Notes under the pieces: generated by a model
The model's database searches: none
Seen by the model: only the letters and a program-made list of their open reading frames with translations
What the model was told of the DNA's origin: nothing
Part shown: positions 28,047 through 38,487 of the stretch, piece by piece
Layout: every line of letters begins with the position of its first letter
Numbering within the stretch: position 1 is the first letter of the stretch
Made by a program: the position numbers and the translations under genes
Source: an uncultured Bacilli bacterium
GTDB taxonomy: Bacteria; Bacillota_I; Bacilli_A; RF39; UBA660
Direction of reading: 5' to 3'
Length of the DNA stretch: 64,000 bases
NCBI GenBank assembly: GCA_934155005.1
Contig: CAKPGR010000002.1
Location: 21,415 to 85,414 of the forward strand

Positions 28047-28955
28047 TTAGTCATTAACTTTTTCTATAGCTTCTTTAATAACATTCACACAATTTTGTAA
28101 TTTTTTTGTTTCTTCTTCATTTAATTCAACATATATTTTTTTTGCTATTCCATTTCTATTAACAATCGCTGGCATTCCCATATATATATCATTATCTTTA
28201 TCATAATTTGATACAGTCATAACTGTGTTTTCATTTCCTAAAATCGCGTTTGTAATTCTAACTAAACACATTCCTATTCCATAATAAGTAGCACCTTTTT
28301 TATTTATTATTTCATAAGCCGCATTTTTTACTTCTTCACATATATTATCAAGTTCATCATTACTTAAAAATGTATCAATTTTTTGAAGACTTACATTAGC
28401 ATTACTCCAAGGAACAAATTCAGAATCACCATGTTCTCCAATTACATAAGCATGGATATTTTTAGGGTTAATATTAAGCTTACTTCCAACTAAATATCTA
28501 AGTCTTGAAGTATCCAAACTTGTTCCAGAACCTATAACTTTACTAGAATCAAGTCCAGAATATCTATAAGTTAAATAAGTCATAACATCAAGTGGATTAG
28601 TGGCAACTAAAAATATTCCATTAAATCCATTTTCCATTACTCTTCCAACAATATCTTTAAAAATTACACTATTCTTATTAATTAAATCCATTCTTGTTTC
28701 ACCAACATTTTGGTTTGCTCCGGCTGCAATTAAAACAAGATCAGCATCTTTACAATCAGAATAATTTCCTATTTTTATATCTATTTTAGAAGGAGCATAA
28801 GATAAACAATGATTAAGATCCATTACTTCTCCTTCTATTCTATCGATATCTAAATCAATTAAAGCAAGTTCTGTAACATTTGTTCTTTGATTAAGTAAAG
28901 CATAAGCATAACTCATGCCTACATTACCACAGCCTATTAAAACTACTTTTCCCAT
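28047..28955 (-). CDS. ldh: L-lactate dehydrogenase
   Basis: Rossmann VVLIGCGNVGMSYA, plus GTSLDTSRLR and IGEHGDSEFVPWS. Confidence 0.9.
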   Translation of the reverse strand: MGKVVLIGCGNVGMSYAYALLNQRTNVTELALIDLDIDRIEGEVMDLNHCLSYAPSKIDIKIGNYSDCKDADLVLIAAGANQNVGETRMDLINKNSVIFKDIVGRVMENGFNGIFLVATNPLDVMTYLTYRYSGLDSSKVIGSGTSLDTSRLRYLVGSKLNINPKNIHAYVIGEHGDSEFVPWSNANVSLQKIDTFLSNDELDNICEEVKNAAYEIINKKGATYYGIGMCLVRITNAILGNENTVMTVSNYDKDNDIYMGMPAIVNRNGIAKKIYVELNEEETKKLQNCVNVIKEAIEKVND

Positions 28956-29029
28956 ATCATCACCATAAACATTATAGCATATTTAACAAAAAACAACTAG
29001 TTATACTATTTATTTTTACTTGAAAATAA

Positions 29030-29260
29030 TTATTTATTTATAGTTTCATAATAATCAACATAATTATCTAAATTTTGATTATATAAATCTAAAATGATAT
29101 TTTCATATTCTAATAATTGTTGTTCCCATTTTTGATGTTTCTTTTTAAATATAGGACATGGTTCAAAAACAAAATGATCTCTTCTAATTTGTTCCCAAAT
29201 CTTAATTCTTTTTTCAATTAAATCAATATCTGATTTAATATTTAATTTTTGAAATTTCAT
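29030..29260 (-). CDS. Hypothetical small protein
   Basis: 76-aa ORF in its own gap, no motif recognised. Confidence 0.35.
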   Translation of the reverse strand: MKFQKLNIKSDIDLIEKRIKIWEQIRRDHFVFEPCPIFKKKHQKWEQQLLEYENIILDLYNQNLDNYVDYYETINK

Positions 29261-29476
29261 TATAGCACCCCCTCTATATAGGTTATATGACCTATATATA
29301 TAATAATGATTTTAATTAAAAAAGACAAGTATTAGTACAATAAAAAAGAGAAAAATCTCTAATTTGGATTATATTCCGAGTATTTATATAAAACATCAAC
29401 TGATGTATTTTTATTGTATTTAAATATAGTGATTATTTTTTGATAAAAATATGTATTTTTAATGAAAAAAACAAAG

Positions 29477-30553
29477 CTATTTAACTTTGTTAATACATAT
29501 TTTATTACGTCCATTTGCTTTAGCATAATATAGATTATCATCAGCATGTTTAATCATACTATCAATATCTTTAAAATCTTTAAGTGCTGCTACACCACCA
29601 CTTATAGTAATTTGTCTATTATCAGACTCGATTTTAACATTATTCATTATTTTCTTCCTGATCTTCTCAGCTAATGCATATGCAGTTGAACTTGTAGTAT
29701 TAGGCAAAATAAGTAAAAATTCTTCTCCTCCATAGCGTGTTAAAATATCATTATATCTAAGACAAGAATTAATAGTCACAGCAATTTGTTTTAAAATAGC
29801 ATCTCCCACTTGATGTCCATATGAATCATTTATTTTTTTAAAATAGTCTATATCAAACATAACAATAGATAAAGTTTCACTATTTTTTAATTCATTCAAT
29901 TTTTGATCCATATATTTTCTGTTCCAAATTCCAGTAAGTGAATCTATAACAGAAATTTGATTTAAATATTTATTTAATTTTTGTAATTCTGATCTTTGTC
30001 GTTCATTTAATCGTAATATTGCAAAAAAACATAACCCTAATGATATACTCATCAAAAATAATGACATCATATTTTCTATCATAAACATTTGATGATCAAT
30101 GTTAAAATTATTATTCAAAAAATCTATTATCATAACAAGTGAATAAATTACAATCTCTAAGGTTAAGCAAAATATTTTCTCACCATTAGAAAAGTGTATT
30201 AATATAAATGTTAAAATTATTGATGGTAAAAAATAATAATAGACACAATAATCAAATCCACCACCATAGAGATAAAAAATCGATAAATATATAATATTCA
30301 CAATCAACATAAAAATTTGACATTTTTGAATTTTCTTTTTTATGTTAATGTATAAGAAAAAGGAAAAATTTATTAATATATATATTAAAGAAAAAATCGT
30401 ATATTTAATATTTTGCACTAAAAAATAATGTGAAAATAAATCAAAAAAAGCAAAACCACATATAGCAAGGGATATGGAATTAAAAACTTTAATATTCATT
30501 TCTCTGTCAAATCCAAATTTTTCGTTAATTTTCTTTTCAACTTGTTTTAACAT
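29477..30553 (-). CDS. Membrane-bound diguanylate cyclase (GGDEF domain)
   Basis: About 6 N-terminal TM helices, a coiled linker, then DSLTGIWNR...FDIDYFKKINDSYGH...RYGGEEFLLIL. Confidence 0.85.
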   Translation of the reverse strand: MLKQVEKKINEKFGFDREMNIKVFNSISLAICGFAFFDLFSHYFLVQNIKYTIFSLIYILINFSFFLYINIKKKIQKCQIFMLIVNIIYLSIFYLYGGGFDYCVYYYFLPSIILTFILIHFSNGEKIFCLTLEIVIYSLVMIIDFLNNNFNIDHQMFMIENMMSLFLMSISLGLCFFAILRLNERQRSELQKLNKYLNQISVIDSLTGIWNRKYMDQKLNELKNSETLSIVMFDIDYFKKINDSYGHQVGDAILKQIAVTINSCLRYNDILTRYGGEEFLLILPNTTSSTAYALAEKIRKKIMNNVKIESDNRQITISGGVAALKDFKDIDSMIKHADDNLYYAKANGRNKICINKVK

Positions 30554-30708
30554 ATTTATAATTCCTTTCTCATTTTAATAATTTTATCACTATTTTATAA
30601 TATGACCTTTTACTAAAAATATTATTAGTATCCTATATTAAAAAGATTTAAAAATTCTTAATTGTTGTTCTTTTTTTTAAGAAAATTTCAAATCTATTTA
30701 TATCTAAA

Positions 30709-30785
30709 TGGCGTCCTCGATGTGATTTGAACACACGACCTATCGCTTAGGAGGCGATTGCTCTATCCAACTGAGCTACGAAGAC
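30709..30785 (-). tRNA. tRNA-Arg (anticodon CCU), CCA encoded
   Basis: Manual fold of GTCTTCGTAGCTCAGTTGGATAGAGCAATCGCCTCCTAAGCGATAGGTCGTGTGTTCAAATCACATCGAGGACGCCA. 7-bp acceptor stem with one G-U, anticodon loop CUCCUAA, T loop TTCAAAT, 77 nt. Confidence 0.9.
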
Positions 30786-30829
30786 ATAAATAAATTATAT
30801 CATAAAAAAAAAGGAATGTTAAATCCTTT

Positions 30830-31369
30830 TTAATAATTATTAGCTTTTCTTTCAAAGTAACTTTGTGGATGATTACATACTGGACATACCTCAGGAGCAT
30901 ATTTACCAACTACAATATGTCCGCAGTTACGACAAATCCAAATACATTCATCATCATTTGAAAATACTACTTTATCATTTATATTTTTTAACAATTTTCT
31001 ATATCTTTCTTCATGATGTTTTTCTATTTTTCCAACTTCTTCAAATAAATAAGCAATATGATCAAAACCTTCTTCTTTTGCTATTTTAGCAAAATTATCA
31101 TACATATCAGTCCATTCATAGTTTTCACCATTTGCAGCATCTTCTAAATTATCTACTGTTGAAGGAACATTACCATCATGTAATAACTTAAACCACATTT
31201 TAGCATGTTCTTTTTCATTGTTTGCTGTTTCTTCAAAAATAGCAGCAATTTGTTCATAACCATCTTTTTTAGCTTTACTAGCGTAATAAGTATATTTATT
31301 TCTAGCTTGACTTTCACCAGCAAAAGCTGTCATTAAGTTTTGTTCTGTTTTACTTCCTTTTAATTCCAT
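30830..31369 (-). CDS. rbr: Rubrerythrin
   Basis: N-terminal diiron ferritin-like domain ([27 protein letters not shown]) plus a C-terminal rubredoxin CRNCGH...CPVCNHP. Confidence 0.92.
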   Translation of the reverse strand: MELKGSKTEQNLMTAFAGESQARNKYTYYASKAKKDGYEQIAAIFEETANNEKEHAKMWFKLLHDGNVPSTVDNLEDAANGENYEWTDMYDNFAKIAKEEGFDHIAYLFEEVGKIEKHHEERYRKLLKNINDKVVFSNDDECIWICRNCGHIVVGKYAPEVCPVCNHPQSYFERKANNY

Positions 31370-31372
31370 TTA

Positions 31373-31750
31373 CTATACCTCTTTTCTTAAACATTCTTCA
31401 CATAAACCTGTAAAAGTTATTTGGTAATCATTAACCTTATTTTTACCAAGTGATATATTTATATTAATATCATCATATACATCAATAATTTTATGACATT
31501 TATCGCAAATAAAATGATAATGTTTTCCTCTTTTAGCATCATACCTATCTTTATCATCGCTAGTTTTTATTTTTATTATTTTATTTTGTTCTAACAATAA
31601 ATTTAAATTTCTATATACTGTCCCCAAACTTATATTAGGTAAAATTTCTTTTGCTTTATCATATATTTGAAATGCATTTAAATGATCATAAGAATTATTA
31701 ATAATATTAAGTATTAATTCTTTTTGAATCGTATTTCTAATGTATATCAC
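31373..31750 (-). CDS. Fur-family metalloregulator (PerR-like, upstream of rubrerythrin)
   Basis: Winged helix LGTVYRNLNLL, HYHFICDKCHKIIDV and C-terminal CEEC. The exact start is uncertain: GTG 31750 abuts its SD. Confidence 0.8.
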   Translation of the reverse strand: MIYIRNTIQKELILNIINNSYDHLNAFQIYDKAKEILPNISLGTVYRNLNLLLEQNKIIKIKTSDDKDRYDAKRGKHYHFICDKCHKIIDVYDDININISLGKNKVNDYQITFTGLCEECLRKEV

Positions 31751-31845
31751 TTCCTTATTAGTAATGATTACTAATAAGATTATATCATATTAATATAACA
31801 TAGTAAATATGATAATAATAATTTTATCATTAAACATTATATAGC

Positions 31846-31871
31846 AAAAAATATTCAAAAATGAATATTTT
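31846..31871 (-). terminator. AT-rich hairpin terminator after family member 4, overlapping its stop codon
   Basis: Coding strand reads TAAAATATTCA-TTTT-TGAATATTTT-TT. Paralogous to 9201-9231, with a compensatory change (TTGA/TCAA becomes TTCA/TGAA). Confidence 0.5.
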
Positions 31872-32865
31872 ATTTTATTATTGATTTTGATATTGTTATT
31901 ACTGGGCGAATACCATTATCAGCACTACTAACAGCATGGTCGACTAAATTACCAAACCTATTCACATTCCATGTACTATATGAAACACTTATATTTGCAT
32001 TACTTGTCCAATATCCTCCTGTGCCTTGATCGGCATTATTTAAGCAACCATAATTCTTACAATCGCTTCTTGTTCTATCATATAGCCATCCATAATTACT
32101 TCTTTTACTTGTATCACTTTTATTATTACTTCCAAAATAGAACCATGGTTGTCCTGTTTTACTTGAATCCCAGTTTGTATTTCCTGATATCTTAGCGACT
32201 TCATTTGCAGTTATTAATCTAGCAGCATTTTTCCAAGCTTTTGTATCATTTTCAAGCTCTCTCGCTACTTCCTTCATTTCACTATTATTTCCACTTGAAT
32301 TCCAAGCTACACGAGCTGTTGTATTATGGTCTAATATTAAGTTTACTGAACTATTTCCTTCTTCATCATTAAATGTATACCATTTCATACATCCGCTCTT
32401 TGTTCCTGTTTTACTATCAGATTCACTTTCACTACATTTTTCTCCTGTTGTTGGATTATAGTATATAGCTGTTCCATTTTCATATTTCTTTTTAACACTC
32501 GATTTTATTGCTTTTCCATTTGTTACTATATAGTTATCAAATGTTAAATCATATCTTGTTACATTACCTTTACTTATTACTACAACTCCGTTACTTGGAG
32601 TACTTCCTTTTATAGTTATTCCAAGATTTTTTAATTCTTCTACTGAATAAGCTCTATCTTTAAACTTAGCTGCATTTGTATCAACTTCATTTATCATTAT
32701 TTGTTTTTCTACAGCATCTATATAACCTAGAGCTGATGATTCTGCTGCTCCTTTCTTAGCTTTTTCTATTACTCCTAATATTGTTGGAGTTGCGATTAAT
32801 GCGATTATTGCTAGTATTACTATTACTGCTAGTAGTTCTATTAGCGTAAAACCTTTTTTATTCAT
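31870..32865 (-). CDS. Family member 4: prepilin-type N-module (B) plus DUF1566/Lcl-like C-module (D)
   Basis: 331 aa, collinear with member 2 (roughly 85% identity by eye). MNKKG|FTLIELLAVIVILAII; ends GIRPVITISKSIIK. Preceded by the cassette. Confidence 0.75.
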   Translation of the reverse strand: MNKKGFTLIELLAVIVILAIIALIATPTILGVIEKAKKGAAESSALGYIDAVEKQIMINEVDTNAAKFKDRAYSVEELKNLGITIKGSTPSNGVVVISKGNVTRYDLTFDNYIVTNGKAIKSSVKKKYENGTAIYYNPTTGEKCSESESDSKTGTKSGCMKWYTFNDEEGNSSVNLILDHNTTARVAWNSSGNNSEMKEVARELENDTKAWKNAARLITANEVAKISGNTNWDSSKTGQPWFYFGSNNKSDTSKRSNYGWLYDRTRSDCKNYGCLNNADQGTGGYWTSNANISVSYSTWNVNRFGNLVDHAVSSADNGIRPVITISKSIIK

Positions 32866-33001
32866 TCTATCATTCCTTTCAAAACATTAAAAAAAGAGGG
32901 TTTTTTACCCCCCCCCCGACTTTGAAATTTTTTTATCTCTCAGTCAATATTATTATTTTGTTTTACATACTTATTTTAACAAATTAATTTTATTTTGGCA
33001 A
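32866..33001 (-). promoter_or_regulatory. Poly-G leader cassette, copy 4
   Basis: -35 TTGCCA at 32996-33001, 17-nt spacer, -10 TAAAAT at 32973-32978, invariant core, C10 at 32908-32917, ATG 32865. Confidence 0.7.
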
Positions 33002-33007
33002 TATATC

Positions 33008-34060
33008 TTATTCTGTTATTGATGGAGTTTGATTAATTGGCTCTATTTGAATAAATGTATTACCATCATTTACCTTAATTTCATTACCATCATTATATTT
33101 ATAAATTGTTTTACTACTTCTTGAATCTTTTTGCCAAGTTATAGGTCTAGCATATCCATTAGTTATATAATATCCAGAACCACTTCCTACATTATTCAAA
33201 GATTGTCTTCCGTATGAATCAATATTATAATTTTCAACTTTAATGATAATTATATTTTTATAATGATATTGTAATCCTGTAATATAATCTTTATGTTCTA
33301 TTCCATTTGCATACCTTAAATAATATTTATTAGTAGCATCATATACATATGAAGAAGTCATATAATTTGAATACGGAATGACAACATTATTAGCAACCAT
33401 ACTATCTTCATTTTCGTTTATATTAACTTCTTTACTACTATAATTAAATAATAATTCTTGTTTTACATTTTTACTTTTATAATCTGTTCTATAATTTTTT
33501 GAAGAAATAGCATTATTAATTTTTTCCATATTAGTTACTGCTTTATGTTCATAACTAACAGGTAATTTTAAATCTCTCCAAAAAGCATCATCATAAAGAC
33601 CATTTATATTATTAACGCCTAATGCTGACATATCACTTTGTGCTTGTGGACTCCAACCATAATGAACATATATAGCGTCATTTTCAAGAGCATAATCTAA
33701 AAAATAATGTCTACTACTTCTAACAGAACCTATTCTTTCTGTTGTTTGATCTTTAAAAACAGCCATCAATCTAGTAATACCACCTTCAACAATAATTTCA
33801 TATGTAACAAAAGCATCTTGAAGTCCTGAATGATATGGTCTTGCCTGATTATGGTTATTTATCATAACCGCTACTGGTCTTTTAGTAGAAGATAAATCTA
33901 CAATTTGAAGTGTTGGTTCTTTTTTTGTTGTTTTTTTAATTTCATCTATTACATCTTTATTATCTAGATTAAAAAGAAAGTATGCACCTATTAAAGCTAA
34001 AACTAATAAAAGAAATAAAACAAATATTTTTTTCTTCTTTTTATTTTTCCTCTTTTTCAT
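33008..34060 (-). CDS. DUF3048 (YerB-like) extracytoplasmic protein
   Basis: N-terminal TM anchor, then PVAVMINNHNQARPYHSGLQDAFVTYEIIVEGGITRLMAVF, which I recall as the DUF3048/YerB signature. Confidence 0.6.
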   Translation of the reverse strand: MKKRKNKKKKKIFVLFLLLVLALIGAYFLFNLDNKDVIDEIKKTTKKEPTLQIVDLSSTKRPVAVMINNHNQARPYHSGLQDAFVTYEIIVEGGITRLMAVFKDQTTERIGSVRSSRHYFLDYALENDAIYVHYGWSPQAQSDMSALGVNNINGLYDDAFWRDLKLPVSYEHKAVTNMEKINNAISSKNYRTDYKSKNVKQELLFNYSSKEVNINENEDSMVANNVVIPYSNYMTSSYVYDATNKYYLRYANGIEHKDYITGLQYHYKNIIIIKVENYNIDSYGRQSLNNVGSGSGYYITNGYARPITWQKDSRSSKTIYKYNDGNEIKVNDGNTFIQIEPINQTPSITE

Positions 34061-34135
34061 GAAATCACCTCTTGTTAACTTAATTATAACAAAAAAAAGA
34101 ATAATTAAAAACTTATTCTTTATATTATATGTAAA

Positions 34136-35260
34136 TTAAATGAAAACTAAATAGGATAAGAATAATATTAATAATATAGAAATTATTAATCCATTTATTT
34201 TTTCTGATTTAGTTGTTTTATATTTAACACCCATCGCCATAGAAATAAATATTCCTCCTATAAGTCCACCTATATGAGCAGCATTATCTATATTAGGAAA
34301 CATAAATCCTATAAATAAGTTAGCTAATATTAAAGGAATTATTTGTTTTGTTAAAACACTGCCTAAATACAAACGATAATTATATCCAAAATATAAAAGA
34401 GAACCCATAAGACCAAATATAGCGCCACTAGCTCCTAACGAATAACTTCCGCTTGGTAAAAAAACTAAGGAAGTTAAACTAGCAACTATACCACTTATTA
34501 AATAAATAATTAAATATTTACATTTACCATAAAAGCTTTCAATTTGTGCTCCAATTATATATAATGCATACATATTAAAAAGTAAATGAAATATATCATA
34601 ATGAGTAAAAAAGGAAGTAAATATTCTATAATACTCATGATTGTTTATTAAAATCATTTGATTAGCGAAAGCAATATCAATGTGACACATTATAAATATT
34701 AAGACATTTATAACAATTAAAGCATATGTTATATACGGTTTTTTAACTTTAAAAACTTCCTCTGCTTTAATAGAGTCTTCTTTATTTTTATTTCCAATCT
34801 CTGATGTTATTTTAGAAAAAAGTTCCAATCCTTTTTCCTTAAAATTAGTCTTTTTAGAAATAGTTGGAAAGTTATTTAAAATAAAATCATATTTTTTTAA
34901 ATCATTTAAATTATTAACCTTGGCACAATCGACATTTTCACAATGTAAATAATTATCAATATTTACATTGTCTCCTAAATTTATAAATAAACTAAGTGTA
35001 TTCATATTAATTGATAAAGTTTTTTTCTTTATTTGTTTCATAATTTGTTTAGTTCTAAACAAATCAAAATCTAATTGTTCATTATTGTGAATGTAGTTAG
35101 AGACAATTCTAACAATTTGATAATCGCTATTTAAATTTTCTAACCAAATTTCATCCTTAGCACCATGAAGTACAATAGGACTATAACCCATCTCAGTTAT
35201 AAAATAATGAAGAAGTTTCATAACTAATTCGTCATTTTTATTTATTATTATTTCTTCCAT
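34136..35260 (-). CDS. Rhomboid-family intramembrane serine protease (GluP/YqgP-like)
   Basis: Cytoplasmic N-domain plus 6-7 TM helices. Catalytic GASGAIFGLMG and AAHIGGLIGG. Confidence 0.8.
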   Translation of the reverse strand: MEEIIINKNDELVMKLLHYFITEMGYSPIVLHGAKDEIWLENLNSDYQIVRIVSNYIHNNEQLDFDLFRTKQIMKQIKKKTLSINMNTLSLFINLGDNVNIDNYLHCENVDCAKVNNLNDLKKYDFILNNFPTISKKTNFKEKGLELFSKITSEIGNKNKEDSIKAEEVFKVKKPYITYALIVINVLIFIMCHIDIAFANQMILINNHEYYRIFTSFFTHYDIFHLLFNMYALYIIGAQIESFYGKCKYLIIYLISGIVASLTSLVFLPSGSYSLGASGAIFGLMGSLLYFGYNYRLYLGSVLTKQIIPLILANLFIGFMFPNIDNAAHIGGLIGGIFISMAMGVKYKTTKSEKINGLIISILLILFLSYLVFI

Positions 35261-35324
35261 AAAGCCTCCTTCGATGTAATATTATTATAAAACAGAACAT
35301 ATTATAAAGTAAAGGGGTGGGAAT

Positions 35325-35777
35325 GTGAAAAATATTCTCAAATTCATTTTAATTTTACTTCCATGGTTTTTAAGTAGTCTATTTTTTAATAATAATGATT
35401 TCTACCAAACTTTAAATTTACCATTTTTTGCATTAAAAGATTATATGTATGGTATTGTTTGGACTACGTTATATATTCTAATTGGTATATCTATTTACAT
35501 AATTTATAAAAATTATAAATTTAGAGAAATTAAAAATTATAACTTAACTTTACTTTCTAATTACATTTTTAATCAATTGTATACTTTTATCTTTTTTAGA
35601 TTACAAAATTTATTTTTAGCTTTTGTTGATACATTACTTATTTTTTTAACTTCTCTATATCTTTATAAGGAAACAAAAGAATTAGATAATAAAGCTAGTA
35701 AATTTTTAATACCTTATATTATTTTTAGCTTGTTTGCTTTTATATTAAGTATAACAATATATTTTATGAACTTATAA
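35325..35777 (+). CDS. tspO: TspO/MBR-family membrane protein
   Basis: 150 aa with 5 TM helices and LNLPFFALKDYMYGIVWTTLYILIGISIY. GTG start with a GGGGTGGG SD. Plus strand; its 3' end converges on the next gene. Confidence 0.6.
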   Translation: MKNILKFILILLPWFLSSLFFNNNDFYQTLNLPFFALKDYMYGIVWTTLYILIGISIYIIYKNYKFREIKNYNLTLLSNYIFNQLYTFIFFRLQNLFLAFVDTLLIFLTSLYLYKETKELDNKASKFLIPYIIFSLFAFILSITIYFMNL

Positions 35778-37023
35778 TATTAATAAATGTATTTAGCGTA
35801 ATAGAGCTTTGAATAGGATATCTTGGTATAGCGTATTTATTAGAATTTCTAGTTGCTTTTCTACTACCACCAGCAAAAGCAACTTTAAAACCCGCTTGTT
35901 TTACAAGACTCATTGTTCTTTCATCGTAGGCATAAAAAGGATAACAAAAAGCTTTTTTACTTCCCGTTATAGAAATCGATTTATTTAAATCTTCTATAAT
36001 AGCCTCATTATTTGAGCAAAGCATTTGAGCACCACGACTAACACCACTGCATTTTCCTTCTGTATGCATATCGTTAGTATGACTTTCAACATCTAAATAA
36101 CTTGATTTATAATTACTTATATCCCACCAACCAGTTATCAAAAATAATGTAGCATGAATTTGATACTTTTCTAGTAGAGGAATTAATTTGTTACCGTTAT
36201 GAAACCCTGTTCCCATCGCACCATCATCAATTGTTAATAAAACAGATTTATCCGGAATTTCTATTTCTCCATACATCCATTTTACAAATTCATCCATTGT
36301 TAAAGTTTTATAATTATTTTCTTTTAAATATTTTAATTGTTCTTCAAATTTAACAGTACTTAAACAAATTCCTTGATTGCAATTTTCTCCTTCACCAAAG
36401 AAAAAATGATAATTAAGTACAGCAACTCCTTTTTTTGAATTAATTATAGGTCTTTCTTTTACTTCAACTTTTCTTTTGATAGTATTTTCATTACCACTTG
36501 TATCTTTAACACTATAAACAAATTCATACACTCCTACTTTATTAACATCTAAATTATTTGTTACCTTAATTTTATCTGTTATATCACCATCATAATTATC
36601 AGTTGCCTTAGCGCCTAAATCGTTATATGTATTTCCAACATAAATAGAAATATTTTCATCACCATTTAAAGTTATTTCTGGCTTAATATCATCTATCACT
36701 TTTACATTTCTTTTTATAATTTTAATTTTATTTTTATATTTTACTTTATATTCTACTATATAATTACCTATTTTTTTATTATTAATATTACTATTTATTT
36801 TTGTTAATGTAGTAATATCTTTATTTCTAAAAGTTACTTTAACACCATTTTCTTTATATTCTTCATTTAATTTTATTGTTATAGTTTTATTCCCTTTTAA
36901 ATTCATTACAATTGGACTTTTATAATCTAAATAAACTGTATTATAAATTAATAATATAAGAAATAATACTAAAATAATAATACCAATAATTATTATTTTT
37001 TTATGTTCTTTTATAAATTTCAT
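35764..37023 (-). CDS. Polysaccharide deacetylase (NodB domain) with an N-terminal Ig-like domain
   Basis: TM anchor, Ig-like DDIKPEITLNGD...ATDNYDGDIT, then NodB motifs LLTIDDG and HATLFLITG/ESHTNDMH. Confidence 0.7.
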   Translation of the reverse strand: MKFIKEHKKIIIIGIIILVLFLILLIYNTVYLDYKSPIVMNLKGNKTITIKLNEEYKENGVKVTFRNKDITTLTKINSNINNKKIGNYIVEYKVKYKNKIKIIKRNVKVIDDIKPEITLNGDENISIYVGNTYNDLGAKATDNYDGDITDKIKVTNNLDVNKVGVYEFVYSVKDTSGNENTIKRKVEVKERPIINSKKGVAVLNYHFFFGEGENCNQGICLSTVKFEEQLKYLKENNYKTLTMDEFVKWMYGEIEIPDKSVLLTIDDGAMGTGFHNGNKLIPLLEKYQIHATLFLITGWWDISNYKSSYLDVESHTNDMHTEGKCSGVSRGAQMLCSNNEAIIEDLNKSISITGSKKAFCYPFYAYDERTMSLVKQAGFKVAFAGGSRKATRNSNKYAIPRYPIQSSITLNTFINIISS

Positions 37024-37034
37024 ATTTTCCCCTT

Positions 37035-37925
37035 TTATTTATCTATTAATGTCAAAATATTTTTAAAACATTTTGGTAGTTCAGATGTAAATTCCATATA
37101 TTCACCTGTTCTTGGATGCTTAAATCCAAGTGTTGCAGCATGTAAACATTGTCCTGAATTATCTATTATTTTTCTTTTGCCATAAACAGGATCATTAACT
37201 ACTGGATGATTTATATAATTCATATGTACCCTAATTTGATGAGTTCTACCTGTTTCTAATTTAAGTTCAATTAAAGTTGTATCTTTATATCTTTCTAATA
37301 CTTTAAAGTGCGTTATAGCATTTTTAGCATTTATATCTGTTACAGCCATTTTTTTTCTATCCTTAGAATCTCTTCCTATAGGAGCATCAATTGTACCTGT
37401 ATCTTCTTTTATAACTCCCCAAACTAAAGCAATATATTTTCTTGTTGTTTCTTTTTTTTCTAGTTCTCGCGCTAATATCTCATGAGCCTTATTATTCTTA
37501 GCAACCATTAAAAGACCTGTTGTATAAGCATCTATTCTATGGACTATACCAGGTCTAAATTCTCCGTTTAAATTACTTAATTTAGAATGATATAAAAGAC
37601 CATTTACTAATGTATGAGATTTATTACCGACAGCTGGGTGAACAACAACACCATTTGCTTTATTTACAACTATTACATCATCATCTTCATATACAATATC
37701 TAAATCCATTTTTTCAGGTTCTAAATTCATTTCTTCTTCTTGATACTCCTCAGAATTAATAATGTCACCTTTTTTTAAAATATATCCACTTTTAGTTTTA
37801 TTTTGATTTACTAAAACTTTATTTTCTTTAATCATTTTGCTTACCTTAGCACGGCTTATATTTAATTTATCCGTCAAATATTGATCAAGCCTTTTATTTA
37901 TATCATCATCTATTTTAAATATCAT
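37035..37925 (-). CDS. rluD: 23S rRNA pseudouridine synthase, RluA/RluD family
   Basis: S4 domain followed by HRIDAYTTGLLMVAKN and TGRTHQIRVH. lspA-rluD order matches other Firmicutes. Confidence 0.85.
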   Translation of the reverse strand: MIFKIDDDINKRLDQYLTDKLNISRAKVSKMIKENKVLVNQNKTKSGYILKKGDIINSEEYQEEEMNLEPEKMDLDIVYEDDDVIVVNKANGVVVHPAVGNKSHTLVNGLLYHSKLSNLNGEFRPGIVHRIDAYTTGLLMVAKNNKAHEILARELEKKETTRKYIALVWGVIKEDTGTIDAPIGRDSKDRKKMAVTDINAKNAITHFKVLERYKDTTLIELKLETGRTHQIRVHMNYINHPVVNDPVYGKRKIIDNSGQCLHAATLGFKHPRTGEYMEFTSELPKCFKNILTLIDK

Positions 37926-37926
37926 T

Positions 37927-38370
37927 TTATTCCTCCTTTATAGTAAAAATTAAAAGTATACAACTTATTACTATACAAATATCAGCTATATTAAATATTG
38001 GAAAATTATAATTAAAAATAGTAAAATCTAAGTAATCTACCACATATCCTCTAATTATTCTATCAATTAAATTTCCTATAATTCCACCTATCAATAAAGA
38101 ATAATTAATAATATTTATTTTGTTTAAATTTTTATTTTTTACCAATAATTTGTAGATTATATAAATTGCTATTAGAGCAATAATAATTAATAAAAATCTA
38201 CCACCACTTAAAATACTAAAAGCAGCACCAATATTTTTCACATATGTAATATTAAAAAAATCTTTTATAATAGTAATTGATGAATTTACAAGCATTTTAC
38301 TTGAAATAATCATTTTTACTATTTGATCTAAAATTATTATAAATAAACTTATAGGTATAATTTTTTTCAA
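37927..38370 (-). CDS. lspA: Lipoprotein signal peptidase II
   Basis: 147 aa, 4 TM helices, with NIGAAFS, GGIIGNLIDR and FNIADICI. TTG start with a GGTGA SD. Confidence 0.85.
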   Translation of the reverse strand: MKKIIPISLFIIILDQIVKMIISSKMLVNSSITIIKDFFNITYVKNIGAAFSILSGGRFLLIIIALIAIYIIYKLLVKNKNLNKINIINYSLLIGGIIGNLIDRIIRGYVVDYLDFTIFNYNFPIFNIADICIVISCILLIFTIKEE

Positions 38371-38487
38371 AAGACAATCACCTAGTCAATTATAACACTT
38401 TTAAAGCATTTTTTCTATACTAGTATTAAAATAAAAATTACCAAATTAGGTAATCTTTATTTTAAATTTTCTATTTCTTTTTTCAAG

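Noticed and set aside
29359-29547. 62-aa ORF overlapping the 3' end of the GGDEF gene.
   Set aside because: It overlaps the well-supported diguanylate cyclase by 71 nt in another frame. The sequence is low-complexity and no SD was found.
30709-30785. tRNA-Arg(CCU) as the boundary of an integrated island containing the Fic, ldh and GGDEF genes.
   Set aside because: I noticed no integrase, no direct repeat of the tRNA 3' end, and no compositional break. The neighbouring genes are ordinary chromosomal genes.
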